From Vulcanimicrobiales bacterium (GTDB lineage: Bacteria > Vulcanimicrobiota > Vulcanimicrobiia > Vulcanimicrobiales > Vulcanimicrobiaceae), in the NCBI GenBank assembly GCA_038231455.1, contig JBBRLI010000001.1:320001-384000 (forward strand): a DNA stretch of 64,000 bases, read 5' to 3'. Under the pieces are notes generated by a model that made no database searches, was not told where the DNA came from, and was given only the letters and a program-made list of their open reading frames with translations. Position 1 is the first letter of the stretch. Every line of letters begins with the position of its first letter. The position numbers were made by a program, and so were the translations under genes. Below are positions 1 to 8,497 of this stretch, piece by piece.

Positions 1-253
1 TGTCGCTCCGCCGGTGCTCGCCATAGCGTAGCGCGTACCGGAGCGGGATAAGATCGATGAAGTGGTCCGCGTGCATATGGGTGATCACGACCGCACCGAT
101 GTGGTCGTACTCCATATGCAGGCGCAGGTTGCCGAGCGCCCCGGTCCCCAAATCCAAGACGATCGACTGTTCGTCGTCTTGGATCAGGTACGAGCTGCAC
201 GCACGATTCGGCCGGGGGACCGATGGACTCGACCCCAGGACCGTCAGTTGCAG
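1..253 (-). CDS. MBL-fold metallo-hydrolase (RNase Z/BN-like), 3' end outside the window; start uncertain (CTG at 253 or ATA at 268)
   Basis: Hand translation: LQLTVLGSSPSVPRPNRACSSYLIQ...VLDLGTG...VVITHMHADHFIDL, containing the HxHxDH motif. Not in the ORF track. Confidence 0.85.
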   Translation of the reverse strand, partial: MQLTVLGSSPSVPRPNRACSSYLIQDDEQSIVLDLGTGALGNLRLHMEYDHIGAVVITHMHADHFIDLIPLRYALRYGEHRRSD

Positions 254-264
254 TGTCGCGGCGT

Positions 265-717
265 TTATAGCGATGCTAGGACCTCATCCGCGTGACCCTC
301 TACGGAGACTTTGGGCCACACCTTGGAAATAGTACCGTCGGGCCCCACAAGAAACGTGGCCCGTTGAACGCCCATACTCTTTTTCCCGTACATATTCTTC
401 TCGACGATGACCCCGAATGCGTCACAAATGTGTGAAGCGGCGTCGGCAAGGAGTGTGAACGGCAAGTCGTACTTTGCTTTGAACTTTGCTTGGGCTGCCT
501 CGGAATCACGGGAAACCCCAATGATGACAGCGTTTTTCTTCGCGAATTTGGCGCTGGCGTCCGCAAACTGCGACGCTTCGTTCGTTCAACCGGGGGTATC
601 GGCTTTTGGATAAAACCAAAAGACGAGCGGTTTGCCAACGAGATCGTGTAGGCGGACCGGGGTGCCGGTTTCATCGTTTACGGTGAGATCGGGGAGCTTT
701 GCACCAACATCGAGCAT
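265..717 (-). CDS. bcp: Peroxiredoxin Q/BCP, probable selenoprotein (in-frame TGA at 586-588, codon 44)
   Basis: Hand translation MLDVGAKLPD...FWFYPKADTPG*TNEASQF...LPFTLLAD...RATFLVGPDG. The TGA sits at the peroxidatic Cys of the YPKxxTPGC motif, and the frame continues into the track ORF 265..465. Confidence 0.9.
557..576 (-). promoter_or_regulatory. Putative bacterial SECIS hairpin
   Basis: mRNA reads UGA-ACGAACGAA-GCGUCGCA-GUU-UGCGGACGC: an 8-bp stem with a one-G bulge and an apical loop starting with GU, 17 nt after the UGA. Confidence 0.65.
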
Positions 718-737
718 CTATCGGGCCTTTCGGATCG

Positions 738-2447
738 CTATGAAGGGACGGGTTCTGCCGCGCGAACTTCGACCGCGGGCTTCGTGCGAAACTGGGAGAG
801 CGGGACAAGAAAGAGTAACCGGTCGTGCGGCAACATTTCATCAAACGCGTTGATATGGACGAACGCGGCACCACGCCACACCGCAAGCGGGATGCAATGG
901 TCGGCCGGGGGCGGCGCCGGGACGTCGCCCTGCAGTCGTTCGCCCACGGTGTAGTCGTCATCTCCAAACGAGATCCGTCCGCGCGTCCCCGGAAATCGGG
1001 ACAGACCGGCGAACGCCGGCGCGGCGAGGGCGCTGGTTGAGAACGTCGTGGTAAAGCCGAACTGACGCGCGATCGAACGCGCAAATGCATCGTCTTGAAC
1101 GCGCATGACGACTTGCAGATCGGGATTGCGCGCGCGCGCGCCGAGGCCCACTTCGAGATTCGAGGTGTCGCTATCGGTGAGCGCGATGAGGGCCGCGGCG
1201 TGCCGAAGATTGCAAAACGAGAGCGTCGTGTCGTTGGTCGCATCGCCCGTGAGCAGATCGAAATAGCGATTGCGCGAGAATTCGATCGTCGACTGATCGG
1301 GGTTGGGATCGATGACGACGACGGGCTTCTTTTGCGTGAGTAGATACTCGATCACGCGCGTCCCGACGTTACCTGAGCCGCACACGATGATATGGCCCTT
1401 GCGGTTGATGCGGCGCAGACCTTGCATCGCGACCCATTGCGCGCGCGTGAGCGCCGAGGTCAGTAAGGCGACGAACACGCCCGAGAGCGTGACGCCAAAG
1501 AACATGGTACCGACTGCGACCATCTTCGCCCACGGCCCCGCATCGAGCGGTGTGATGTCGCCGTAACCGACCGTCGTGATCGTCGTTGCCACGAAGTAGA
1601 GGGCCGTGATCGCGTCTTTCTTGAGCGCGAACGAAAAGAAAATCGTCGCAGCGATAAAGGTCAACACCGACACGAGCACCACGCGCGCAACGATCGGATC
1701 GATTCGCCGCAGCGAATCCCGACGTCGGGAGAGCCAGCGTGTGAGGCGCGACTTGATCGTGCGCCGCTCGCCCATTTCTGTCGGCTTTTGGCGTGACTCC
1801 GCAAGATGGATAAACTTCGAGAAGAGCACGATGTCGTCGTCCGGATCGATCTTCGCTTTGAGATCGTACACCGCGCGGCCATTGAGTCCGACCACGCGAC
1901 CGCTCAGATTTTTCTGCGCGTCGGCGACCGAACACGGGACGTGGATTCCAAACTCCGTTGCGCGTCGCTGCGAGAATCCGCACAGGTCGCCCTCGATCTC
2001 GGGAAACTGCAGGCCCGAAAAACACTGCGGATCGATCGCGGAACCCGTGAACGTGGCGGCCGCATGCGAGGCCAGCGACACCGTCGAGCAGTTCGGCAAA
2101 TTCTGTTCGATCTTGCGCCCGAGGGTCCGATTGAACTGGCGCAGCACGACGCGGATCTCCGGATTGAGGTCGCGGGCTTTCAGGGCGACTTGCAAGTTGA
2201 GCTTGTCGTCATCCGAGAGCGACATGATCGATGTGCCGTGCATGACGCCCGCGGCGCGCAGGGCGTCGTAGTCGTTGGGAGGGAACGCGATGTACGTCAC
2301 GTTCATCCGCTCGCACTTTGCCGCAATCTCCGCATCGTGTGCCCATAGCAAAGCTACACGATGTCCTTGCGTCCCCGTAATCTCTTCACAGACACGGATT
2401 GCAAGCGCATCGCCACCCACGACGATAATGAGAGGGACCCCGCTCAT
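738..2447 (-). CDS. Potassium channel family protein with two TrkA-N/RCK domains
   Basis: Pore motif TTITTVGYGD between two TM helices; Rossmann motifs IIVVGGD and IIVCGSGNVG. Confidence 0.85.
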   Translation of the reverse strand: MSGVPLIIVVGGDALAIRVCEEITGTQGHRVALLWAHDAEIAAKCERMNVTYIAFPPNDYDALRAAGVMHGTSIMSLSDDDKLNLQVALKARDLNPEIRVVLRQFNRTLGRKIEQNLPNCSTVSLASHAAATFTGSAIDPQCFSGLQFPEIEGDLCGFSQRRATEFGIHVPCSVADAQKNLSGRVVGLNGRAVYDLKAKIDPDDDIVLFSKFIHLAESRQKPTEMGERRTIKSRLTRWLSRRRDSLRRIDPIVARVVLVSVLTFIAATIFFSFALKKDAITALYFVATTITTVGYGDITPLDAGPWAKMVAVGTMFFGVTLSGVFVALLTSALTRAQWVAMQGLRRINRKGHIIVCGSGNVGTRVIEYLLTQKKPVVVIDPNPDQSTIEFSRNRYFDLLTGDATNDTTLSFCNLRHAAALIALTDSDTSNLEVGLGARARNPDLQVVMRVQDDAFARSIARQFGFTTTFSTSALAAPAFAGLSRFPGTRGRISFGDDDYTVGERLQGDVPAPPPADHCIPLAVWRGAAFVHINAFDEMLPHDRLLFLVPLSQFRTKPAVEVRAAEPVPS

Positions 2448-3006
2448 GCCCCACCCTTCAACGCAAGACGCTCATCCGCTTGCGTATCGGCTGATCGAAC
2501 TTCTCCACGACACGCGGGGCGAGATCATTGAAGTGGGGACGGGCCGCGGCCGCAATACCCGCGCGCTCGTCGCAGCGGGCTTTCCGGTCGTCGAGATCGG
2601 CGAAGACGTCGCCTACACCCAGCTGCCCGGGCGCGGATTCATCGGAGCCCTCGCCACGCACGCCTATTTGCATGGAACGCTCGCGAAACTCCGCATCGGC
2701 TTCGCGGAACTCGCTCGCGTGCTGGCGCCGGGCGCCCCAATCGCCGTCACCCTCGGCTCGATCAACGACGCGCGCTTTGGCCTCGGAGAACCGTACGACG
2801 AGGTGACCTTTGCGCCGGGCGACGGCCCCGAAATCGGGATTCCCCATGCGTTCCTCGACCGGGACGGCGTAACCGACGTGCTGCGTCCCTTTGGGATCGA
2901 ATCGTGCGCGGAGGTTGCCGTCGACGCGCTCGTGGGGCGTTGGGCACACGAGGATGATGCGGTCACCGGAAAAGTTCATTGGTTCGTCGTGGCGCGAAAA
3001 CGGTAA
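2446..3006 (+). CDS. Class I SAM-dependent methyltransferase (start uncertain)
   Basis: Motif I IIEVGTGRGRN; ELARVLAPGA post-II motif; C-terminal HWFVVARK. Confidence 0.7.
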   Translation: MPHPSTQDAHPLAYRLIELLHDTRGEIIEVGTGRGRNTRALVAAGFPVVEIGEDVAYTQLPGRGFIGALATHAYLHGTLAKLRIGFAELARVLAPGAPIAVTLGSINDARFGLGEPYDEVTFAPGDGPEIGIPHAFLDRDGVTDVLRPFGIESCAEVAVDALVGRWAHEDDAVTGKVHWFVVARKR

Positions 3007-3097
3007 CCGCCTGTGGATTTCTCGCTCCATGAAACGTCTCGATCGGAATAAATCTGCGGGAAGTGGAAACGAATCTCCCCAAATTCATGTTTTCGTA

Positions 3098-3106
3098 TGG
3101 TACAGT
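3098..3106 (+). promoter_or_regulatory. Putative extended -10 promoter element (TGgTACAGT)
   Basis: Matches TGnTAnnnT in an AT-richer intergenic stretch just upstream of a structured leader. Confidence 0.35.
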
Positions 3107-3107
3107 G

Positions 3108-3313
3108 GAGTGGGCGAGGTGAAGAATCGCGCCCATTCTGCCGATATTCTATTTAGAAGTTACTCGTAGGAACGACGCAAGCGTTCCGTACCGACCCGGC
3201 TGGGGCTGCATCGCGGCTCCCGGGACACACAGATTTGAGGTGATCGTTTTCCGTGGATGGCAGTGGCAGTACGAACCTGACTTTTAGCATTCTCCGAAAG
3301 GAAACGACACCTC
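3108..3313 (+). ncRNA. Structured 5' leader / candidate cis-regulatory RNA, family not recognised
   Basis: Stems at 3108-3116/3130-3138, 3169-3187 (GCAA tetraloop) and 3195-3224, plus 3237-3252 (gaggtgatcgttttcc) pairing with 3300-3313 (ggaaacgacacctc), which overlaps the SD. Confidence 0.45.
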
Positions 3314-3481
3314 ATGATTGTGCTCCGTCTCGCGCTTCACGTTAGCGCGAATCTCGCCGGCTCGCTCGGCCGACTCATCGCCGGACGCCCGCGTCCGCTA
3401 GTCCCCGAAACCTACGAAAATCATCCCTACTATCACGCCCCGGAGCCACGGCCCGAGACGTGGGTCTTCTACTGCCGCTAA
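3314..3481 (+). CDS. Small hypothetical protein (55 aa)
   Basis: MIVLRLALHVSANLAGSLGRLIAGRPRPLVPETYENHPYYHAPEPRPETWVFYCR*. AAAGGA SD upstream; the stop is 4 nt from the convergent rhodanese stop. Below the ORF-track size cutoff. Confidence 0.55.
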   Translation: MIVLRLALHVSANLAGSLGRLIAGRPRPLVPETYENHPYYHAPEPRPETWVFYCR

Positions 3482-3485
3482 AGCG

Positions 3486-3803
3486 CTAGTAGAGCGGAAC
3501 GGACGGATCGATCTCGCGACTCCACGCGTCGATCCCACCCGCGACGTTGACGGCTCGTTCGTAGCCGCTTTGAACTAAGAACTGTGTAACGCGCGCGCTG
3601 CGTACGCCGCCGTGGCAGAGAACGGCGATCGCGCGATCGTGTGGTAGCTCGCCGATCCGCTCGGCCACCTCTCCCATCGGAATCGGCGTCGCAAACGGCA
3701 GTGCCGCCGTCTGCAATTCGTACGGCTCGCGCACGTCCAGCACCAAGAGCTGCTCGCCCGCATCGACGCGTCGCTTGAGCTCGCTCACCGAGATTTCGAT
3801 CAT
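3486..3803 (-). CDS. Rhodanese-domain sulfurtransferase
   Basis: VLDVREPYE, active-site [19 protein letters not shown]...DPSVPLY, resembling the MoeZ C-terminal domain. Overlaps the thiG stop. Confidence 0.9.
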   Translation of the reverse strand: MIEISVSELKRRVDAGEQLLVLDVREPYELQTAALPFATPIPMGEVAERIGELPHDRAIAVLCHGGVRSARVTQFLVQSGYERAVNVAGGIDAWSREIDPSVPLY

Positions 3804-4582
3804 TCTTTGGAACCGATCAGGCCGCCAAGCGGGCTCGAAGCGTTCGCGTAAAGGCGTTTTGGCATGCGCCCGGCTTTGAACGCCAGGCGTCCGGCCTCGA
3901 CCGCGCGCCGCATCGCGCCCGCCATCATGACCGGGTCCTTTGCTGCGGCGATACCGGTATTCATCAAGAGCGCATCGACGCCGAGTTCCATCGCGATTGC
4001 GGCATCGGAGGCGGTGCCGACGCCGGCATCGACGATCACCGGGACGTTCGCCTGCTCTTTGATGATTGCGATCGAATACGGATTGCAGACACCAAGGCCG
4101 CTGCCGATCGGCGCCGCAAGCGGCATGACCGCAGCACAGCCGATGGCTTCGAGCCGTTTACACGCGATCGGGTCGTCGACGATGTATGGCAAGACGGTAA
4201 AGCCGTCGCGCACGAGTTCTTCGCAGGCCGCGATCGTCTCTACCGTATCGGGATAGAGCGTGTGCGGATCGCCGATGACCTCGACCTTGATGAGATCGGT
4301 GCCCAGCGCTTCGCGCGCGAGTTTTGCCGTGAGTACCGCTTCCTTTGCCGTAAAACACCCCGCCGTGTTCGGCAAGAGCGCGTATTTCGTGCGGTCGAGA
4401 TAGTCGATCATCGTCTTGCCGCTGGGATCGTCGAGGTGAATCCGACGAATTGCCACGGTGACCAGTTGTGCGCCGCTGGCTTCGTGCGCGCGCTGCATGA
4501 CCTCCATCGACGGAAACTTGCCCGTGCCGACGATGAGTCGCGAGGAAAACGTATATTTGCCGATGACCAGCGTGTCGTCCAT
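3800..4582 (-). CDS. thiG: Thiazole synthase ThiG
   Basis: [43 protein letters not shown]. Start set at MDDTLVIG. Confidence 0.97.
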   Translation of the reverse strand: MDDTLVIGKYTFSSRLIVGTGKFPSMEVMQRAHEASGAQLVTVAIRRIHLDDPSGKTMIDYLDRTKYALLPNTAGCFTAKEAVLTAKLAREALGTDLIKVEVIGDPHTLYPDTVETIAACEELVRDGFTVLPYIVDDPIACKRLEAIGCAAVMPLAAPIGSGLGVCNPYSIAIIKEQANVPVIVDAGVGTASDAAIAMELGVDALLMNTGIAAAKDPVMMAGAMRRAVEAGRLAFKAGRMPKRLYANASSPLGGLIGSKE

Positions 4583-4589
4583 CGTGTCC

Positions 4590-4793
4590 TTAGCCGCCCG
4601 CGGCGGCGACGATAATTTCCACGGCGTCACCGTCGTGGAGCGGAAAAGCGTCGATCTGGGCGCGCGGGACGACGTCGTCGTTGACGGCAACGGCGATACC
4701 CTCACGGCGCACACCAAGCTGGGCGACGAGCGCGCCAACCGTGTCGACATCGGGATACCGCACGGGTTTTCCGTTGAGCGTGAGCGATTTCAT
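4590..4793 (-). CDS. thiS: Sulfur carrier protein ThiS
   Basis: MKSLTLNGK...[12 protein letters not shown]...[14 protein letters not shown] with C-terminal GG; lies between thiO and thiG. Confidence 0.95.
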   Translation of the reverse strand: MKSLTLNGKPVRYPDVDTVGALVAQLGVRREGIAVAVNDDVVPRAQIDAFPLHDGDAVEIIVAAAGG

Positions 4794-4798
4794 GACGC

Positions 4799-5959
4799 TC
4801 AAACGTTCGCGAGGGCGGCGGCGCTCTCCGGCGCGCGCCCCGGCGAGAACGCCTCGAGCGAGACGCGGGAACTCCCCGTGAGGATAACGTCGGCTATCGC
4901 GCGCGCGGTGATCGGCGTGAGGAGAATTCCGTTGCGATAGTGCCCAGCGGCAACGATGTATCCATCTAGGTCCGTAGCGCCAAGATATGGCCGCCCGTCG
5001 TGCGAGCCGGGGCGCAGGCCCGCCCACGTCTCGGCGACCGCAAAATCGCCGAGCACCGGTGCAACGGCGAGCGCAGCATCGAGCAATCGCGCGATACCGC
5101 CCGCGGTCACGCGCACGTCGAAGCCGCGATCGCAGACGGTCGCGCCGACGAGCATCCTGCCGTCGCTGCGCGGGACCAGATACACCTCGTGCGTCCATAC
5201 GAGCGCGCGCGAGAGAAAATGCGGCACGGCAATCGCGAGCATCTCGCCGGCAATCGGCTTCACCGCTACGCGCGCGTGTGATGGGACGCCGTCCAGCTGC
5301 GCGGCCCACGCGCCCGCCGCATTGACGACGATGCCGGCGGCGGTAAAGCCGCGCGAGGTCTGCACGCCGCGCACGCGCCGCGCGTCCGCATCGAGTCGCA
5401 CGTCGCTAACATCTTGGACGATCCGCACGCCGAGTCGATCGCACGCCGCGACGAGCGCGCGGCCGAGGAGACGATTATCGACCTGCGCTTCGTTCGCAAT
5501 CGCGAGTGCACCGACGCAATCGGTTGCAAGCATGGGTTCGCGTGCCAGGAGTTCCGCACGATCGAGCATGTGCGCATCGCCGCCGCGCGTACGAACACTC
5601 TCGAGGCGACCACGCAATCCCGCAAACGTCGCCGCATCGCGCGCGACGTGGAGCGTGCCTTCCATGCGGAGTTGCGCATCGATCCCCGTTCGCTCGCGTA
5701 AATCTTCGACGAATGCGGGGTACGCTTCAAGCGAAGCGGTGCAGAGCGCGAGCATCGCATTGTCCGCGACTTCCTCGGAAAACGGCGCGAGCATACCCGC
5801 ACCGGCCCACGAAGCACCGCGACCCGGCTCGCGCGCATCGAACACCGTGACCGATACGCCCCGCTTCGCGAGCTCGTACGCGATGCCAAGGCCGATCAGT
5901 CCGGCGCCGATGACGGCGGCATCGCGGCTAGAGTCCAGTATAAACCGGACCTTCACCAC
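4799..5959 (-). CDS. thiO: Glycine oxidase ThiO (start approximate)
   Basis: VIGAGLIG, ASWAGAGML, YLVPR, WAGLRP, GHYRNGILLTP; thi operon context. Confidence 0.93.
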   Translation of the reverse strand: MVKVRFILDSSRDAAVIGAGLIGLGIAYELAKRGVSVTVFDAREPGRGASWAGAGMLAPFSEEVADNAMLALCTASLEAYPAFVEDLRERTGIDAQLRMEGTLHVARDAATFAGLRGRLESVRTRGGDAHMLDRAELLAREPMLATDCVGALAIANEAQVDNRLLGRALVAACDRLGVRIVQDVSDVRLDADARRVRGVQTSRGFTAAGIVVNAAGAWAAQLDGVPSHARVAVKPIAGEMLAIAVPHFLSRALVWTHEVYLVPRSDGRMLVGATVCDRGFDVRVTAGGIARLLDAALAVAPVLGDFAVAETWAGLRPGSHDGRPYLGATDLDGYIVAAGHYRNGILLTPITARAIADVILTGSSRVSLEAFSPGRAPESAAALANV

Positions 5960-7586
5960 CCTGCGGCGGAACCCACGTGATGATCTGGTACGGATCGATG
6001 ATGTCGCAGGTCTTACAGTGCACGCAGTTCGAGAAGTTGATCGTCAGCGCGCCCTCGACGTGACCGTTCGTCTTGGTGAAATGCGGTTCGTACACTTTGG
6101 CCGGGCAGAAATACTGACACGGATTGCCGTACTCGACCGTACACTTCTGCGCGCAGATGTTCGTATCGGAGACATGCAAATGCGCGGGCTGATCTTCGTC
6201 GTGCATCGTGCCCGAATTGAAAACGTCGGTGAGCTTATCGAACGTGAGCACGTTATCGATTGCCACGCGCCGGTCGCCGGCGGTCGGTGCGACCTCGGTG
6301 ATCTTGCGCATCTTGGCGTAACCTTCGTGCCCCGGCAAGCGATCTTTGATGCCGAATCCACGCCCGCCGGTGACGATCCCGAGGCTTGCATTGATGATAC
6401 CCGCCCACATGCCGCCATCGAAACCTTGATGGAAGTTGCGTGCTTCGTGCATTTCGCCATACGCCCACGATGCTTCGAATTTTTTGTCGAAGGCAGCGAG
6501 CGCCGCGGCATCCGAGCGATCTTGCGCGAGCGCTTCGAACGCCGTCTCCGCCGCGAGCATCCCCGATTTGATCGCTAGATGAATGCCTTTGAGGCGCGCA
6601 CCATTGAGGAAGCCGCCCGAATCGCCGACGAGCATCAAGCCATCCGCGTACCGCTTGGGCATCGCAAAGAGCCCGCCTTCGGGGATCGCTTTTGCGCCGT
6701 AACGGATGAGCGTTGCGCCCTCGAGCATTGACTTGATCGCCGGATGCGTTTTGTATTGTTGAAAGAGATCGTGCGGATCGGTCGTCGGATCCGCATAATC
6801 CAGGCCGATCACAAGACCCACGTCGAGCACGTCATCTTGCATGCCATAGATAAAGCCACCGCCGAAGACGTTCGTCGGCAGCGGGAAGTTCAGCGTATGA
6901 ATCACGCTACCCGCGGCAATCGTTCCCGGTTTGCACTTCCAAAGTTCTTTGATGCCGACTGCGTAGACCTGTGGGTCTGCGTCGCGGTCGAGGCCGAGTT
7001 TCGCGATCGCGGTCTTGGTAAGCGTTCCGCGCGGGCCTTCACCGAGGATGACGATCTTCGCCAAGAGATCGGGACCGGGTTCGTAATTTGCTTTGTGATT
7101 GCCGTTATGATCGATGCCTTTGTCGCCGACGCGCACACCGATGACGCGATCGCCGTCCCACAGCAACTCCTGTCCCGGGAACGACGCGAAGACATCCGCA
7201 CCGGCGGCTTCGGCCTGATCGCCGAGCCACTTCGTCATTTTCTGAAGGCTCGCAACGTACTTGCCGTGATTGTTCATGTTCGGCGGCGTGATCGGCGCTT
7301 GTATTTTTCCGCCGGTGGTGAGAAACCAAAGCACGTCGGTGCCGACCGGTGCTTCCACCGGTGCGGTCGCTTTCCAATCGGGCAATAATTCGTCGAGCGA
7401 TCGGGGATCGATTACCGCGCCCGAGATGCCGTGATTGCCGATCTCGCCGCCTTTTTCGATCACCATTACCGAGAGTTCCGTGCCGGCTGCAACAGCGAGC
7501 TGGCGCAGGCGAATGGCGCCTGCTAAGCTCGCGGGGCCGCCTCCAACGAAGAGGACATCGACTTCAAGTTGATCGCGTTCTGCCAT
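5928..7586 (-). CDS. Electron transfer flavoprotein-quinone oxidoreductase (ETF-QO/FixC-FixX fusion type)
   Basis: VLFVGGGPA, GIKELW, YGAKAIPEGG, KGIHLAIKSG; C-terminal 4Fe-4S region CQYFCPA...NCVHCKTCDI...WVPPQGGEGP. Confidence 0.93.
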   Translation of the reverse strand: MAERDQLEVDVLFVGGGPASLAGAIRLRQLAVAAGTELSVMVIEKGGEIGNHGISGAVIDPRSLDELLPDWKATAPVEAPVGTDVLWFLTTGGKIQAPITPPNMNNHGKYVASLQKMTKWLGDQAEAAGADVFASFPGQELLWDGDRVIGVRVGDKGIDHNGNHKANYEPGPDLLAKIVILGEGPRGTLTKTAIAKLGLDRDADPQVYAVGIKELWKCKPGTIAAGSVIHTLNFPLPTNVFGGGFIYGMQDDVLDVGLVIGLDYADPTTDPHDLFQQYKTHPAIKSMLEGATLIRYGAKAIPEGGLFAMPKRYADGLMLVGDSGGFLNGARLKGIHLAIKSGMLAAETAFEALAQDRSDAAALAAFDKKFEASWAYGEMHEARNFHQGFDGGMWAGIINASLGIVTGGRGFGIKDRLPGHEGYAKMRKITEVAPTAGDRRVAIDNVLTFDKLTDVFNSGTMHDEDQPAHLHVSDTNICAQKCTVEYGNPCQYFCPAKVYEPHFTKTNGHVEGALTINFSNCVHCKTCDIIDPYQIITWVPPQGGEGPVYTGL

Positions 7587-7639
7587 GATAACGCTGATTT
7601 CGCGAACGCTCGATGGGTTCCATCGTCGCTCGCGGCGCT

Positions 7640-8440
7640 TCAGCCTTTTGTCGCAGCTATCGCAGCAGTAACGGCGATGCGATGGCAAGCGAGCCGTTCG
7701 TCCCACGTTCGCGTGCGCGGCGACTCGAAGGTAAGCGCATGGGGCGCTGCGCGGCGCGACATCGCAAGCGTAAACGGCAGACCCGTGAAGAACGTGGCTT
7801 CTTTTTTCGCATCGACCGCGATCCAGCCGGGCGTGACATCCTGCGCGCTTGCCGCTTCGGGCGGCGTTCCCAAATCGTAGCCGGGGTGAATGGTCTGAAG
7901 TGGATATCCGGCGCGCTCGATCGCTGCGGTAACGACGTCTCGGTAGAGCGGGATCCCATCCACGATTGTCTCATATCCATAGAAACCGGTCGCTTCGTGA
8001 TCTTCGTGCAAATCGAGCGAGAGTGCGAAGTGACGGTCGCGATTGGCGGTTAGAATCGCGCGCGCCTCGGGCGTCGAACCGCCGCGAGAAAACGTGCGAT
8101 TGATATCGACGCCCTCCACGCTCTCGCGCGTCCCACGTTCGTAGCCGGTCGGGTTCGAACACGGCCAGATGCGATAGCCGAAGCGGCGGTCGAGCAAGCG
8201 GTCGCGCACGAGGGAGAAAAGAGCCCATGGAGCTGCAGGCTCGTCTCCGTGCACGCCGGCGGCAAGTGTGATGGTGCTTACATTTGTCGGATGGATCTCG
8301 ATGCACAGCAAGGTGCGTGGAGCTCCGACGCAGGCGATTTCCCTCATGAAAAGACCGTGCGACGCACGCAGAGACGACCAAGCGGTCCGTAGATCGGCAT
8401 AGCTTCGAGCGGACGGTTGCGTTTTAGGAGAGGGGGTCAT
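7640..8440 (-). CDS. M14 family metallocarboxypeptidase / succinylglutamate desuccinylase-like
   Basis: [13 protein letters not shown]...TRE...DINR, LDLHED, TFESP motifs. Confidence 0.8.
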   Translation of the reverse strand: MTPSPKTQPSARSYADLRTAWSSLRASHGLFMREIACVGAPRTLLCIEIHPTNVSTITLAAGVHGDEPAAPWALFSLVRDRLLDRRFGYRIWPCSNPTGYERGTRESVEGVDINRTFSRGGSTPEARAILTANRDRHFALSLDLHEDHEATGFYGYETIVDGIPLYRDVVTAAIERAGYPLQTIHPGYDLGTPPEAASAQDVTPGWIAVDAKKEATFFTGLPFTLAMSRRAAPHALTFESPRTRTWDERLACHRIAVTAAIAATKG

Positions 8441-8497
8441 GGTTGCTTGCCTAATCGCATCATGTCTGGTCTCTTACTAACAAACCCGAGGGCCTTC

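Noticed and set aside
265-717. bcp as a simple pseudogene, or genome-wide UGA reassignment
   Set aside because: The stop falls exactly on the catalytic residue with a SECIS-like hairpin, and many genes here (thiO, thiG, glcD, bkdAA) end normally in TGA.
3237-3303. TPP riboswitch (GAACCTGA at 3273-3280, near the thi genes)
   Set aside because: It lacks the CUGAGA/ACCC and UAAUGC...GCG-AGGGA elements, and it lies on the opposite strand, downstream of the thi operon.
4956-6578. Long alternative ORFs such as 4956..6578 +, 12795..14042 +, 28325..29641 - and 46365..47375 -
   Set aside because: These are antisense shadows of well-supported genes, as expected in high-GC DNA, and show no recognisable motifs.
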